The translations under genes were made by a program, and so were the position numbers. A DNA stretch of 64,000 bases from an uncultured Conexibacteraceae bacterium (GTDB taxonomy: Bacteria; Actinomycetota; Thermoleophilia; Solirubrobacterales; 70-9): assembly GCA_963745755.1 (NCBI GenBank), contig CAVUYP010000001.1, forward strand, positions 930,667 to 994,666, read 5' to 3'. Below are positions 31,232 to 41,251 of this stretch, piece after piece. Below the pieces are notes generated by a model. The model was not told where the DNA came from and did no database searches. It worked only from the letters and a program-made list of their open reading frames with translations. Numbering within the stretch: position 1 is the first letter of the stretch; every line of letters starts with the position of its first letter.

Positions 31232-32543
31232 TCGTCCTCCCCCTCCTCCGTCTCCGAATCCGCTCCTGGCGCGTCCTCATTCTCTCCTCCGAGTCGCGGT
31301 TCCCGTTGCCCCCTCCGTTGCTGCGGCGGCGCATCGCAATCACGACTGTGGCCAGTATGACGATCAGGGCGAGGAGGATCAGCCCGGCGACCGGCGGCCC
31401 GCCGATCCGGTCGATGATCGTCGGCGCGGCGACCGCCCGGGCGGCGACCAGCGGCGTGCGGTCGCTGAACCTACCGTCGACCGTCACCGTCGCCGTTCCG
31501 AGGCGCTCGCCGGCGGCGATCGGCCCCTCGACCTCGGCAGGAGCCTCGACGTCGACCCGCACCTTCTCGTCGTCGCGGACGCGTACCGCGACGCCGCGAC
31601 GGGCGACCACCGACAGCGGCTCGTCCTCGTAGCGGACCGCGACGCTCGCCTGCTCGTCGTCGCGCCTGACGGCCGCCTGGCGCTCATAGAGCGAATAGCC
31701 GTAGTCGAGGAGCTGCTCGGTCTCGGCGTCACGGTCGGACTCGCTCGGGGCGCCGAGCACCGCGGCGAGCAGCGGTACGCCCTTGCGCTTCGCCGAGGCG
31801 ACGAGGACGTAGCCGGCGTCGTTGGTGTGGCCGGTCTTGACGCCGTCGACGCTCGGATCGCTGAACAGCAGCGTGTTCGTGTTGGTGACGGCGCGGCGGC
31901 GGTCGCCGCTCTTCAGCGTCGCCTTCGGCATCGCGACGATCCGCCGGAACCGCTTGTCGGCGAGCAACTCCTCGGCCAGCGTCGAGAGGTCATGGGCGGT
32001 CGAGTAGTTGCCCTTCGCGTCGAGGCCGATCGGGTTCGCGTAATGGGTCCCGGAGAGGCCGAGGCGGGTCGCGGTCCGGTTCATCGCTCGCACGAACGCC
32101 TTCTCCGAGCCCGACACCCCCTCGGCGACCGTGATCGCCGCGTCGTTGGCGCTCGGCAGCAGCATCGCCACGAGCAGGTCGTGGACGGTGAGCCGCTCGC
32201 CCTCGATCAGCCCGGCCACCGACTCGGCCGCGGCGGCCTCGTAGCGGGGGACGGTGAGCTTCTGCTTCATCTTCAGCTTCTCGAGCGCCAGGTACGCCGT
32301 CATCAGCTTCGTCGTGCTGGCGATCGCCAGCGGCTTCCGCGCCACCCGGGCGGCGAGCTCGGCGCCGTCCTTGCGGTCGACGAGCAGCCACGAGGAGGCG
32401 TCGAGGCGCGGCGCCTTCGCGGCCGGGCCGGGCCCCGCCGCTGCAGTTGCCGGCAGCAGCGCGATCACGATCGCGACGAGGCTCAGCAGCAGGCCCGGCC
32501 GCGGCCGCGGCGGGCGCGACGATCGGGTCCCCGTCGTCCGCAT
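31228..32543 (-). CDS. D-alanyl-D-alanine carboxypeptidase (S11, PBP5/6-like) with C-terminal TM anchor; 3' end uncertain
   Basis: ORF 30828..32543 has a signal peptide, the SxxK motif ASTTK, the SxN motif PSANDAA, the KTG motif VKTGHT, and a late TM segment VAGLILLALIVILATVVIA. As printed, the ORF runs 400 nt into pfkB. A 1-nt change in the tail would give ...EEGEDE and a stop overlapping the pfkB ATG (ATGA), so I set the end there. Confidence 0.8.
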
Positions 32544-32897
32544 CTAGCGGATCTTCAGCTCCTGGCCGGCGGCGAGCGTCTGCGGGTCGATGTCGGGGTT
32601 GAGGCGCTCGAGCCGCTTCACGGAGACGTTGAACTTCGCCGCGACGCCGCTCAGCGTGTCGCCCTCTTCGACCGTGTACGTCTTCGGGTTCTCGGCGCCC
32701 TTGCCGCTGCCGCCCGACTTCCCCTCCGACTTGACGTTCGCCTTCGTGTCGCGCTCAGCCTTGCTGTCGTCGCTCGTGTTGGCGTTGACGATCAGCGCGA
32801 TCGCGATCAGGACCGCGATCAGGGCCAGCGGACCGAGCAGCCGGCTGAACCAGGAAATCCGCCGGGAGGTGCCTCCCGGTGCGCTCGATGCCGCCAC
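32544..32897 (-). CDS. LysM-domain membrane-anchored protein
   Basis: ORF 32544..33173 trimmed to a GTG (VAASSAPGG...). It has a TM segment LLGPLALIAVLIAIALIV and a C-terminal LysM domain YTVEEGDTLSGVAAKFNVSVKRLERLNPDIDPQTLAAGQELKI. The start is uncertain. Confidence 0.7.
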   Translation of the reverse strand: MAASSAPGGTSRRISWFSRLLGPLALIAVLIAIALIVNANTSDDSKAERDTKANVKSEGKSGGSGKGAENPKTYTVEEGDTLSGVAAKFNVSVKRLERLNPDIDPQTLAAGQELKIR

Positions 32898-32979
32898 GCC
32901 CGCGATGGTACGCGACCGGAATCCGATCGGAATGCGAAATCCCCCGCCTGCCGGGCGGATTGCGGCGGCGAGGCGACCT

Positions 32980-34267
32980 TCAGCCGGAGGCGACCGCGAC
33001 CGCCCGGACCGCGATCCCCTCGAGCAGGCCGGCCGCCTGATCGAGCTCGGCGGGGTCGGGGTCGGGGTCGACGAGGACGACGGCCTCGTCGACGAGCTCG
33101 ACGAGGGTGTCGGTTTCCTCGCTGCCGAGGATCGGCGGCGCCACGTAGACGACGAGGTCGTAGACGCGGGCAAGCCGATCGACGAGGACGGCGAAGCGCC
33201 GGCCGGTCACCCCGGCGGCGATCGTGCCGGCACCGGCGGGGAGACAGGCGAAGCTGCCGCTCGCCGCGCCGGTGCCGACGGTGCGCAGCACCTCGCGCGG
33301 CGACGCCCGCCCCTCGAGGTATTCGCCGAGGCCGGGCGCCGCGGCGACGTCGAGCCTGGCGGCCAGCGACGAGCCGGCGAGATCGGCGGCGACGAGGAGG
33401 ACACGGCGCCCGGCGCCGGCGCCGGCGAGCGCGAGGGCGGCGCCGAGACCCTCGGCGTCGCCGGTGCCGACCGCGGTGACGACCAGCGAACCCGGCCCGG
33501 TCCCGGCGCGGATACCGAGCCGGTCGGCGAGGATTCCGACGTCGGCCACCGCCGGCCGCGAGATCGCCACCGAACCGGCCCCGTCGCAGACGATCGCGCC
33601 GCCGGGGTCGGCGGCGAGCTCGGCGAGGCCGGCTCCGACCCGGGCCGCGAACGCGGCGGTCGGGTCGGATTCGACCGCGCCCGGCCCGGGCTCGCCGGCG
33701 ATTGCGGGGGGCGCCGGCCGGGATCCGGCAGGCCGCCGGGCGAGGCGCCGCACGGCGATGACGAGCAGCCCGGCGAGCAGTCCGACGAGGAAGCCGATCC
33801 CCGCCCAGAGCCCGGCCGGACGGTCCTCGAACGGCTCGCCTGGGATCGTCGCCGCCGCACCGAGCGCGAGTGGATCGCCCTCGACCCTGACCAGCGCCTG
33901 CGCGAAGCCGTCGGCTGCGGCGGCGGCGACGTCGGGAGCATCGGCGGTGGCGGCGACGACGAGGAATCCGCCGCGCCGGGCCGGGCGCACGGTGACGTCG
34001 GCGAGCAGGTCGGCGCCCGGCGACGTCGCCGCCGAGCAGGCCGGCGGCCTTCGTCGCGACCTCGTCACTCTCGCCGCGCTGGGCGAACCGCTCGAGCCGG
34101 GCCTCATCGGCACCCTTCGAGTCGCTTTCGACCGCCACCGTCGCGGTCGCCCGGTAGAGCGGCTGATCGGCGATCCCCCAGCCGAAACCGAGCGCTGCAC
34201 CGAGCAGCGCCAGCGCCAGAGCGATTCGCCAGCCGGCCGGCCCGCCACCCTCACCGCGGGCCGTCAA
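32980..34267 (-). pseudogene. Wzz/BY-kinase-like chain-length-determinant protein with degenerate P-loop, one frame change near 34020
   Basis: The N-terminus (ORF 32819..34267: WRIALALALLGAALGFGWGIADQPLYRATATV) joins ORF 32980..34254. That ORF carries a second TM segment, LWAGIGFLVGLLAGLLVIAV, and a MinD/CpsD-like domain (SLVVTAVGTGDAEGLGAALALA..RVLLVAADL..YDLVVYVAPP). The Walker A Lys and Walker B Asp are missing. Confidence 0.6.
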
Positions 34268-34271
34268 TCGC

Positions 34272-35915
34272 TCACATCTCCTCCGGCGCCTCGACCCCGA
34301 GCAGGTCGAGCAGCGTCGCGATGACGTCGCGGGCGGCGGCGCACACCGTCAGCCGGGCCTGCTCCAGACCCGGCCCGGCGCCGACGACGCGACAGTCGCG
34401 GTAGAAGGCGTGGAAGTCGGCAGCGACCTCGCGCACGTAGGTGGCGACGCCGTGCGGTTCGCGCTTCGCGGCCGCCCGAGCGACCTGGTCCGGCATCTCG
34501 AGCAGGCGCGCGATCAGCGCCCGCTCGGCCGGCTCGAGCGTTCCCGCCGGGGCCGGCTCGCCGCCGCTCTCGGGGCCCCGCTCAGCCGCCATGCGAAACA
34601 GGCTGCAGATCCGCGCGTGCGCGTACTGGGCGTAGTAGACCGGGTTGTCGTTGGAACTGGTCCGGGCGAGCTCGAGGTCGATGTCGATCGGAGTCTCGTG
34701 GCTGCGCATCAGCATGAAGAAGCGGGTCGCGTCGACCCCGATGTCGTCGAGGAGGTCGTCGAGCCGCGCGAAGTCGCCACGCCGCTTCGACATCCGCGCC
34801 CGCTCGCCGCCCTCGACCAGGTTGACCATCTGCATGATCGAGACCTCGAAGGCGCCGGCGGGGGCGCCGAGGGCGGCGATCGCCGCCCGCATCCGGTCGA
34901 CGTACCCGTGATGGTCGGCGCCGAGGACGTCGATGAGCAGATCCGGGCCGCGCTCGAGCTTGTCGCGGTGGTAGGCGATGTCGGCCGCGAAGTAGGTCGG
35001 GGTGCCGTCGGCGCGGATCAGCACCCGGTCCTTGTCGTCGCCGAAGTCGGAGGTGCGCAGCCATACGGCTCCCTCGCTGTCGTAGACGAGCCCACGCCCG
35101 CGCAGGTCGGCGATCGCCGCCTCGGTCGCGCCGGCCTCGTGCAGGGCGCGCTCCGATGCCCAGCTGTCGAAGCTGACCCGCGAGCGCTCCAGGGTCGCCC
35201 GGATCGAGGCGGTCATCAGCTCGACGCCGAGCCGCCCGAGCTCGGCGCTGCCCAGCCCGCTGCCGTGCTCGGCGGCGATCCGCTCGCCGAGCTCGGTCAC
35301 GTAGTCGCCCTCGTAGCCGCCCTCGGGAACCTCGGTTCCGGCGATCCGGGCGGCGATCGAGGCGCCGAACAGCTCGATCTGGGTGCCGGCGTCGTTCAGG
35401 TAGTACTCGCGGCGCACCCGGTGGCCGGCGAACTCGAGCAGCCGGGCCAGCGAGTCTCCGTAGGCGAGATGGCGGCCGCTGGCCACGGTCAGCGGGCCGG
35501 TCGGGTTGGCGCTGACGAACTCGACCAGAACCGATGCGGGACTGGCGGCGATTCCGGCGCCGAAGCGGCGGCCGCGATCGGCGATCAGGCCGGCGGCGTC
35601 GCGCATCCAGCGCTCCGCCATGTGCAGGTTGAGGAACCCGGGGCCGGCGACTTCGATCCGCTCGACGCTCTCGCCGAGCCGCTCGCTGACGCCTTCGCTG
35701 AGCCGGGTGGCGACGTCGCGCGGCCGCTCGCCGATCAGCGGCGCGGCGAGCATCGCCGCGTTCGTCGAGTAGTCGCCGAACTCGGGTCGCGGCGGTCGTT
35801 CGAGGCCGGCGGCGGGGACGCCGGGGTGCAGCTCGGCGGTCGCGGCGGCGATCGCCTCGCTCAGGGCCGCGGTCGGGCTGGCGCTCGCGTTCGAAGCCGG
35901 TTCCATCGGCGGCAC
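34272..35915 (-). CDS. argS: arginine--tRNA ligase
   Basis: Uninterrupted 547 aa. It has the class I signatures ANPTGPLTVASGRH and ARMSKRRGDF, plus the C-terminal anticodon-binding region DNPVYYAQYAHARI. Confidence 0.93.
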   Translation of the reverse strand: MPPMEPASNASASPTAALSEAIAAATAELHPGVPAAGLERPPRPEFGDYSTNAAMLAAPLIGERPRDVATRLSEGVSERLGESVERIEVAGPGFLNLHMAERWMRDAAGLIADRGRRFGAGIAASPASVLVEFVSANPTGPLTVASGRHLAYGDSLARLLEFAGHRVRREYYLNDAGTQIELFGASIAARIAGTEVPEGGYEGDYVTELGERIAAEHGSGLGSAELGRLGVELMTASIRATLERSRVSFDSWASERALHEAGATEAAIADLRGRGLVYDSEGAVWLRTSDFGDDKDRVLIRADGTPTYFAADIAYHRDKLERGPDLLIDVLGADHHGYVDRMRAAIAALGAPAGAFEVSIMQMVNLVEGGERARMSKRRGDFARLDDLLDDIGVDATRFFMLMRSHETPIDIDLELARTSSNDNPVYYAQYAHARICSLFRMAAERGPESGGEPAPAGTLEPAERALIARLLEMPDQVARAAAKREPHGVATYVREVAADFHAFYRDCRVVGAGPGLEQARLTVCAAARDVIATLLDLLGVEAPEEM

Positions 35916-35930
35916 TCTAGGGCCGTGAGC

Positions 35931-36800
35931 TCAATCGCCGGCCATCGACCAGACCCGCGAGCGCAGCTCCTCGGCCGCGGCGCCGGGATCGGCCGCGGCG
36001 GCGATGCTGCGCGAGGCGGTGACGAGAGCCGATCCGGGGCCGCTGAACGCGGCGGCGAGGCGGTCCGCGGAGCCGCCCTGGGCGCCGACTCCGGGAAGCA
36101 GCAGGATCGCCCGCGGCATCAGCTCGCGGAGCCGGGCCAGAAAGCGCGGCTCGGTGGCCCCGACGACCGCTCCGGCGCCGCTCGTGCCGACCGGCGCCGG
36201 CGAGGCGGTCGGCGAGACCGTCGACCGTGCTCGCGATCCGCTCGTGGAGCGGCACCCCGCCGGCGTCGGCGTCGAGCAGGTCGGCCGCGCCGGGGTTCGA
36301 GGTCCTGACGAGGACGAAGATCCCGGCGCCGGCGGCAGCGGCTGCGTCGACGAACGGCGCCAGCGAGTCGGCGCCGAGCAGCGGGTTGAGGGTCGCGGCG
36401 TCGGCACCGAGTCCCTCGATCGCCCCCCAGGGAGTCTCGGTGCGGCCGAACAGGGCGTCGGCGTAGGCGGCGGCGCTGACCGGCACGTCGCCGCGCTTGC
36501 CGTCGGCGACGACGAGCAGGCCCGCCTCCCGGGCCGCCCCGACAACCGCTTCGAGCGCCGCCCAGCCCGGTGCGCCGAGCGCCTCGAAGCGGGCGAGCTG
36601 CGGCTTGACGGCGACGCAGGCGGGTCCGGCCGCTGCGATCAGCTCGCGGCAGCCGGCCTCGACGGCGGCGGCGGCGCGATCACGGGCCCCGCTTCCGCCA
36701 CCGCCCCCCGACCAGGGATCCTGGCCGGGGATCGGGTCGAGCCCAAGGCAGACCTGACTGCGGCGCTCGACCTCGAGCGCCGCAAGCCGGTCCGCGAATG
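35931..36800 (-). pseudogene. pyrF: orotidine 5'-phosphate decarboxylase (type 2), frame changes and no canonical start
   Basis: FADRLAALEVERRSQVCLGLDP...[11 protein letters not shown]...[17 protein letters not shown] is in the 35917..36486 frame extended upstream. [11 protein letters not shown]...ALVTASRSI is in ORF 35931..36545. No ATG, GTG or TTG lies between the upstream in-frame stop and the conserved N-terminus. Confidence 0.75.
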
Positions 36801-36820
36801 GTGTCGGGCTCTCGGGCGTC

Positions 36821-37100
36821 TCAGCCCTTGACGGCGCTCTTCAGGCTTGCGCCGGCGGAGAACTTCGGCACCTTGCCGCCCGGGAATCGTGATCCGCTCG
36901 CCGGTACGAGGGTTGACACCCTGACGGGGTCCGCGCTCGTTGACGCTGAACTTGCCGAAGCCGGTGAAGTTCACATCCTCGCCGACCTTCAGCGCGCCGA
37001 CGATCCCGTCGAGCACGGCCTCGACCGCGTCCGCCGCGGCCTTCTTGCTGTCAATCCGCTCGTCGCTGGCGACGCGGTCAATGAATTCAGCCTTAGTCAC
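36821..37100 (-). pseudogene. hup: HU-family nucleoid-associated DNA-binding protein, one frame change near 36875-36884
   Basis: ORF 36639..37100 starts MTKAEFIDRVASDERIDSKKAAADAVEAVLDGIVGALKVGEDVNFTGFGKFSVNERGPRQGVNPRTGERITIP. Deleting one base in GCCGCCCGGG restores GGKVPKFSAGASLKSAVKG and a stop at 36821. Confidence 0.9.
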
Positions 37101-37161
37101 TGTGGATTCCTCCTGTCTGGATGCAGAGCGGGCGCCACCCTAACAAGGCCCTCCGACGGCG

Positions 37162-38474
37162 TCAGCGCGCAGGGGCGAACGTCGGTTCGCCCGGGTCGAT
37201 CCCCCGCTGCTCCGCATAGGCAAGCGCCGCACCGATTCGCTGCACCGCCGTCGGGTGGGTGCGGAGCACCGCGTCGAGCGCGCCGGAGGGGTCGGGATCG
37301 CTGCGATTCGACGCGACCAGCCGCCGCTGGAGCTCGATCAGGCCGCGCGGATCGCCGGTCAGCTCGAGCGCGAATCGGTCGGCGCTCGCCTCGACCCGGC
37401 GCGAGAGCTGGTTGCCGGCGAGGTTGAGGCCGAAGCGTGACGACGGCGATCAGCAGGGCGAAGGCGGGAAGCGCCGCCGGCGTTCCGGGTCTGGCGCCGC
37501 CGCGCCGCGCCAGCGCCGTGCCACCGAGGGCGACGAGCAGCATCCCGAGCGGGGCGACGATCGCGACGAAGAGCAAGCCGCGCGGAACGTCGTCGTCGGC
37601 GACGTGGCCGAGCTCGTGGGCGACGACGGCGCGCAGGACCGGGCCGTCGGCGCGATCGAGGAGGTTGTCGTAGAGGACGATCCGCCGGCTCGAGCCGATC
37701 CCGTCGACGTAGGCGTTGACGCCGGTGCTGCGCCGCGAGGCGTCGACCTCGTAGACGTGCCCGACCTCGACGCCGGAGCGGTCGGCGAGGTCGAGCACCG
37801 CCCGCCGCGCCGGACCCTCGGGCAGCTCCTTGAAATCGTTGAAGAGCGGGGCGAGGACGACCGGGGCGAGCCAGGTGCTGACGACCGCGAAGGCGATCAC
37901 GATCGCGGTTCCCGCCGCCCACCAAAACCGCGGCAGCCGCCGCTGCAGGGCGATCAGGATCAGCGCACCGAGTGCGGCAAGGACGGCTGCGATCGCGGCG
38001 CCGCGGGCGCGGTCGGCGAACCAGGCGCCCAGGCCCTGGGTCGCGAGGCCGATGTCGACCGCCCGCTCGTGGCCGATCAGACCCGGTCGGGACCGCCAGC
38101 ACCGCCAGCAACAGCGAAATGCCTGCACCCGCTGCGGCGGCGCCGAGCAGCGGCCTCGCCGCCAGCCGGTCGAGGAGCCGCCGCAGCGCCAGCGGGCGGC
38201 CGAGCGCGAGCGCCCCGAGGGCGAGCAGCTCGACCGCGAAGCCGATCAGAAAGAGGTTGCGCTGGCCGGTCCGGAAGTCGGCCGCCGCCGCCGTCGCGGC
38301 GGGGTCGAACCAGCGGGCGGCGTCGACCGCGACCGGGTCGGGGCCGATGTCGTCGGGACCGAGGAGCAGCACTCCGAGCTCGGCGACGAGCGCCGCCGCA
38401 AGCGCGACGGCGACGAGCTTGACGGCCGTCGCCGCCGGTGCGGATGCCTTGCCCGAACGTCCGCTCCGCGCCAT
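37162..38474 (-). pseudogene. M48-family (Ste24/HtpX-like) zinc metalloprotease, two frame changes
   Basis: The N-terminal TM region is in ORF 37359..38480. The core, with VAHELGHV (HExxH), is in ORF 37097..38128. The C-terminal ...SADRFALELTGDPRGLIELQRRL...HPTAVQRI is in a third frame ending at 37162. Confidence 0.75.
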
Positions 38475-38539
38475 CCGCACCTACGATAGAGGCGTCCGGG
38501 CACGGCGCCGAAGCGCCGCGCACCCGTGCGCCCAAGCTC

Positions 38540-39280
38540 ATGCAGGTAGCCGTATTCAGCGACATCCACGCGAACCTGCCCGCCTTCGAGGCCGTGCTCC
38601 GCGACAGCGACGAGGTCGGCGTCGAGGAGCGCTGGTGCCTCGGCGACGTGATCGGCTACGGCGCCGAGCCCGACCTCTGCGTCGAGCTCGCACGCGACCG
38701 CTGCGAGGTCTGCCTGGTCGGCAACCACGACCTCGCGGTGCTCGGCGAGCTCGACACCTCGACCTTCTCGGCGGCGGCGGCCGCCGCGGTCGAGTGGACG
38801 GCCGAGCACACCGCGAAGCCGAACCTCGACTTCCTCGCCGGCCTCTCCCCCGCCGATACCTCGCGGGCGGCCGCCCTCTACCACGCCTCGCCGCGGGATC
38901 CGGTCTGGGAGTACGTGCTCTGGCCCGAGCAGGCGGCCGACTGCCTCGCCGTCCAGGAGAAGCGGGTCAGCTTCGTCGGTCACTCCCACGTCGCCCTGTT
39001 CTTCTCGGCCACCGACGGCGACGACGACGGCGAGGCCCGCGGCTGGCAGGCCGGCGCCGGCACCCGCCTCGAGATCGACGAGGGACGCTGGCTGATCAAC
39101 CCCGGCAGCGTCGGCCAGCCCCGCGACGGCGATCCACGGGCGGCCTGGCTCGAGCTCGACACGGAAAGCTGGGAGGCCACCTATCACCGGGTCGGCTACG
39201 ACATCGAGCGGGCGGCCCGCTCGATCGAGGTCGCCGGGCTGCCGGAGCACCTCGCACGCAGGCTGTTTCTGGGGCGATGA
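38540..39280 (+). CDS. metallophosphoesterase (calcineurin-like)
   Basis: ORF 38438..39280 trimmed to MQVAVFSDIHAN. Motifs DIHAN, GDVIGYG, GNHD and GHSH are present. The ORF is uninterrupted. Confidence 0.85.
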   Translation: MQVAVFSDIHANLPAFEAVLRDSDEVGVEERWCLGDVIGYGAEPDLCVELARDRCEVCLVGNHDLAVLGELDTSTFSAAAAAAVEWTAEHTAKPNLDFLAGLSPADTSRAAALYHASPRDPVWEYVLWPEQAADCLAVQEKRVSFVGHSHVALFFSATDGDDDGEARGWQAGAGTRLEIDEGRWLINPGSVGQPRDGDPRAAWLELDTESWEATYHRVGYDIERAARSIEVAGLPEHLARRLFLGR

Positions 39281-39910
39281 GGCCGCAGCTACACTCGCCG
39301 CCGATGTCGTCTGCCGGACGTCTGATCGTCTCTTGCCTGGCCGTTGTCGCGGCCGCTCTTGCGATCCTCGGATGCGGCTCCGGGGGCGACGCGACCAGCG
39401 CCGACATCGACCCCCAGATCGCCACCGACCTGACCGGTCAGCTGGACAAGATCCAGGGCTTCTTCGACGAGGGCAACTGCGATCGCGCGGGCGGTGCGGT
39501 GGATACGCTCAGAACGGCCGTGGACAACGGTCTCCGACCGGACCGGCGCGCAGTTCACCGCGAATGCTCAGCAGCTCGTCGACAACCTCGACACCCAGGT
39601 CGTAGAGGAATGCCAACAGGTCGACAAGCCGAGGACCGACACGTCCAGCACGACGACCGACACGACGCCGACGACGAGCGACACGACGCCGACGACGACC
39701 GACACGACCACGAAGACGACGACCGACACGACGAAGACGACGACGACGACCGGCACGACGAGCACGACCACCCAGACGACGACCATCCCCGGCGGCGGCG
39801 TCACTCCCGGCAGTGGCAAGAGGGCGACCGCGCAGGGGCCGGACAGGAAGAAGCCGAAGCACGGGCACGGTGGCAATGGGAAGCACGAAAAGAAGGAGCG
39901 GAGCCGATGA
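39277..39910 (+). pseudogene. Thr-rich lipoprotein with basic tail, one frame change near 39530
   Basis: The ATG overlaps the phosphoesterase stop (ATGA). The N-terminus LIVSCLAVVAAALAILGCGSGG is a lipobox, in the frame of ORF 37972..40323. The sequence continues in ORF 39494..39910 with TDTSSTTTDTTPTTSDTTPTTTDTTTKTTTDTTKTTTTTGTTSTTTQTTT and KKPKHGHGGNGKHEKKERSR. Confidence 0.55.
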
Positions 39911-41117
39911 GCGGTTCCACGATCGCCAACCGCTACGAGCTCGGCGACCGCCTCGGCAGCGGCGGCATGTCGACGGTCTACCGGGCCAGGACCGGGTCCT
40001 CGAGCGGACCGTCGCCGTCAAGGTCCTCGCCGAGCATCTCTCCGACGACGAGAAGTTCGTCGCCCGCTTCCGCCGCGAGGCGCTGGCGGTCGCCAAGCTC
40101 GTCCACCCGAACATCGTCCAGGTCTACGACACCGGCGTCGACGCCGGCCGCCACTTCATCGTCATGGAGTTCGTCGAGGGGCGCTCCGGAGCACAGCTGC
40201 TGCAGCGCGACGGGGCGCTGCAGCCTTCGGTCGCCGTCGAGATCGCCGCCCAGGCCTGCGCCGGCCTCGAGTACGCGCACCGGATGGGGATCATCCATCG
40301 CGACGTCAAGCCCGGCAACCTGATGGTGATCGGCGGCCCCGCCGGCGGCCCGCCGGAGATGACGGTCAAGCTCGCCGACTTCGGGATCGCCCGCGCCGCC
40401 GAGCAGACCCGGCTGACCCAGGTCGGCTCGGTGGTCGGCACAGCCGCCTACCTGTCTCCGGAGCAGTCGCGCGGCGAGGAGGCGACGCCGATCTCCGACG
40501 TCTACTCGCTCGGAGTCGTCACCTACCAGCTGCTCACCGCCCGCCTCCCCTACGAGGGCAACAGCCTCGCCGAGCTGGCGATCCGCCGCGAGAACGAGCG
40601 ACCGCTGCCGCCGACGAGCTACGAGAAGGACATCCCCGAGGCGCTCTCGAAGGCGGTCCTGCGGGCGCTCGAAAACGAGCCCGAGAACCGCTACGTCGAC
40701 GCCCTCGCCTACGGTGCCGCGCTGCGCGCCGGCCTCGCCGGGATCGCCCCAGCCGCCGAGGCGACGACGCGAATCGTCGACCAGCGCAGCACCGCCGCGA
40801 CCCGCGTCGCCCAGCGCGAGCCGCGCACGCCGACCTCGCCGGCCCGCGCCGCCCGCCCGCGCCGGACCTCGCCGCCGCCGCGCCGGCCCGCGATCACGCC
40901 CGCGGCGGCACCGCGCAAGCGCTCGCGCTTCGGCGGCTTCATGCGCGCGGTCTTCGCGATCCTGATGATCGCGATCGTCGCCGGCCTGATCGCGGCGGTG
41001 ATCCTGCTCGCCACCGACGCCGGCCAGAACTCCGACGTCGGCCGGTTCATCGGCGACAACGTCGATCAGTCGATCCAGGACTTCAAGCAGTTCATCCAGG
41101 ACAACGTCGGCGGCTAG
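39907..41117 (+). pseudogene. Ser/Thr protein kinase (Hanks-type, single TM, short extracellular tail), one frame change near 39990
   Basis: The ATG overlaps the lipoprotein stop (ATGA). The glycine loop, MSGSTIANRYELGDRLGSGGMSTVYRA, is in one frame. The rest is in ORF 39813..41117: VAVKVL, HRDVKPGNLM, DFGIA, YLSPEQ, and a TM segment AVFAILMIAIVAGLIAAVILLA. Confidence 0.88.
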
Positions 41118-41136
41118 GAACGCCCGGCCCACCAAA

Positions 41137-41199
41137 CCCCACCGCCGAGGTCGAGGAAACAGGCGACTATTCCCCGTTTCCTCGACCTCGCGGCAGGGG
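41137..41199. repeat. hairpin element, copy 1 (14-bp perfect stem GAGGTCGAGGAAAC / GTTTCCTCGACCTC)
   Basis: Read directly: stem arms at 41147-41160 and 41176-41189 with a 15-nt loop AGGCGACTATTCCCC. It lies between the convergent kinase and tgt genes. A second copy with the loop in reverse orientation is at 55523-55592. Confidence 0.7.
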
Positions 41200-41251
41200 C
41201 TTCGCGGAAGCTGGCGCCTGCGCGGGAGGCGCGAGCGGCCGGCCGCCGGGG

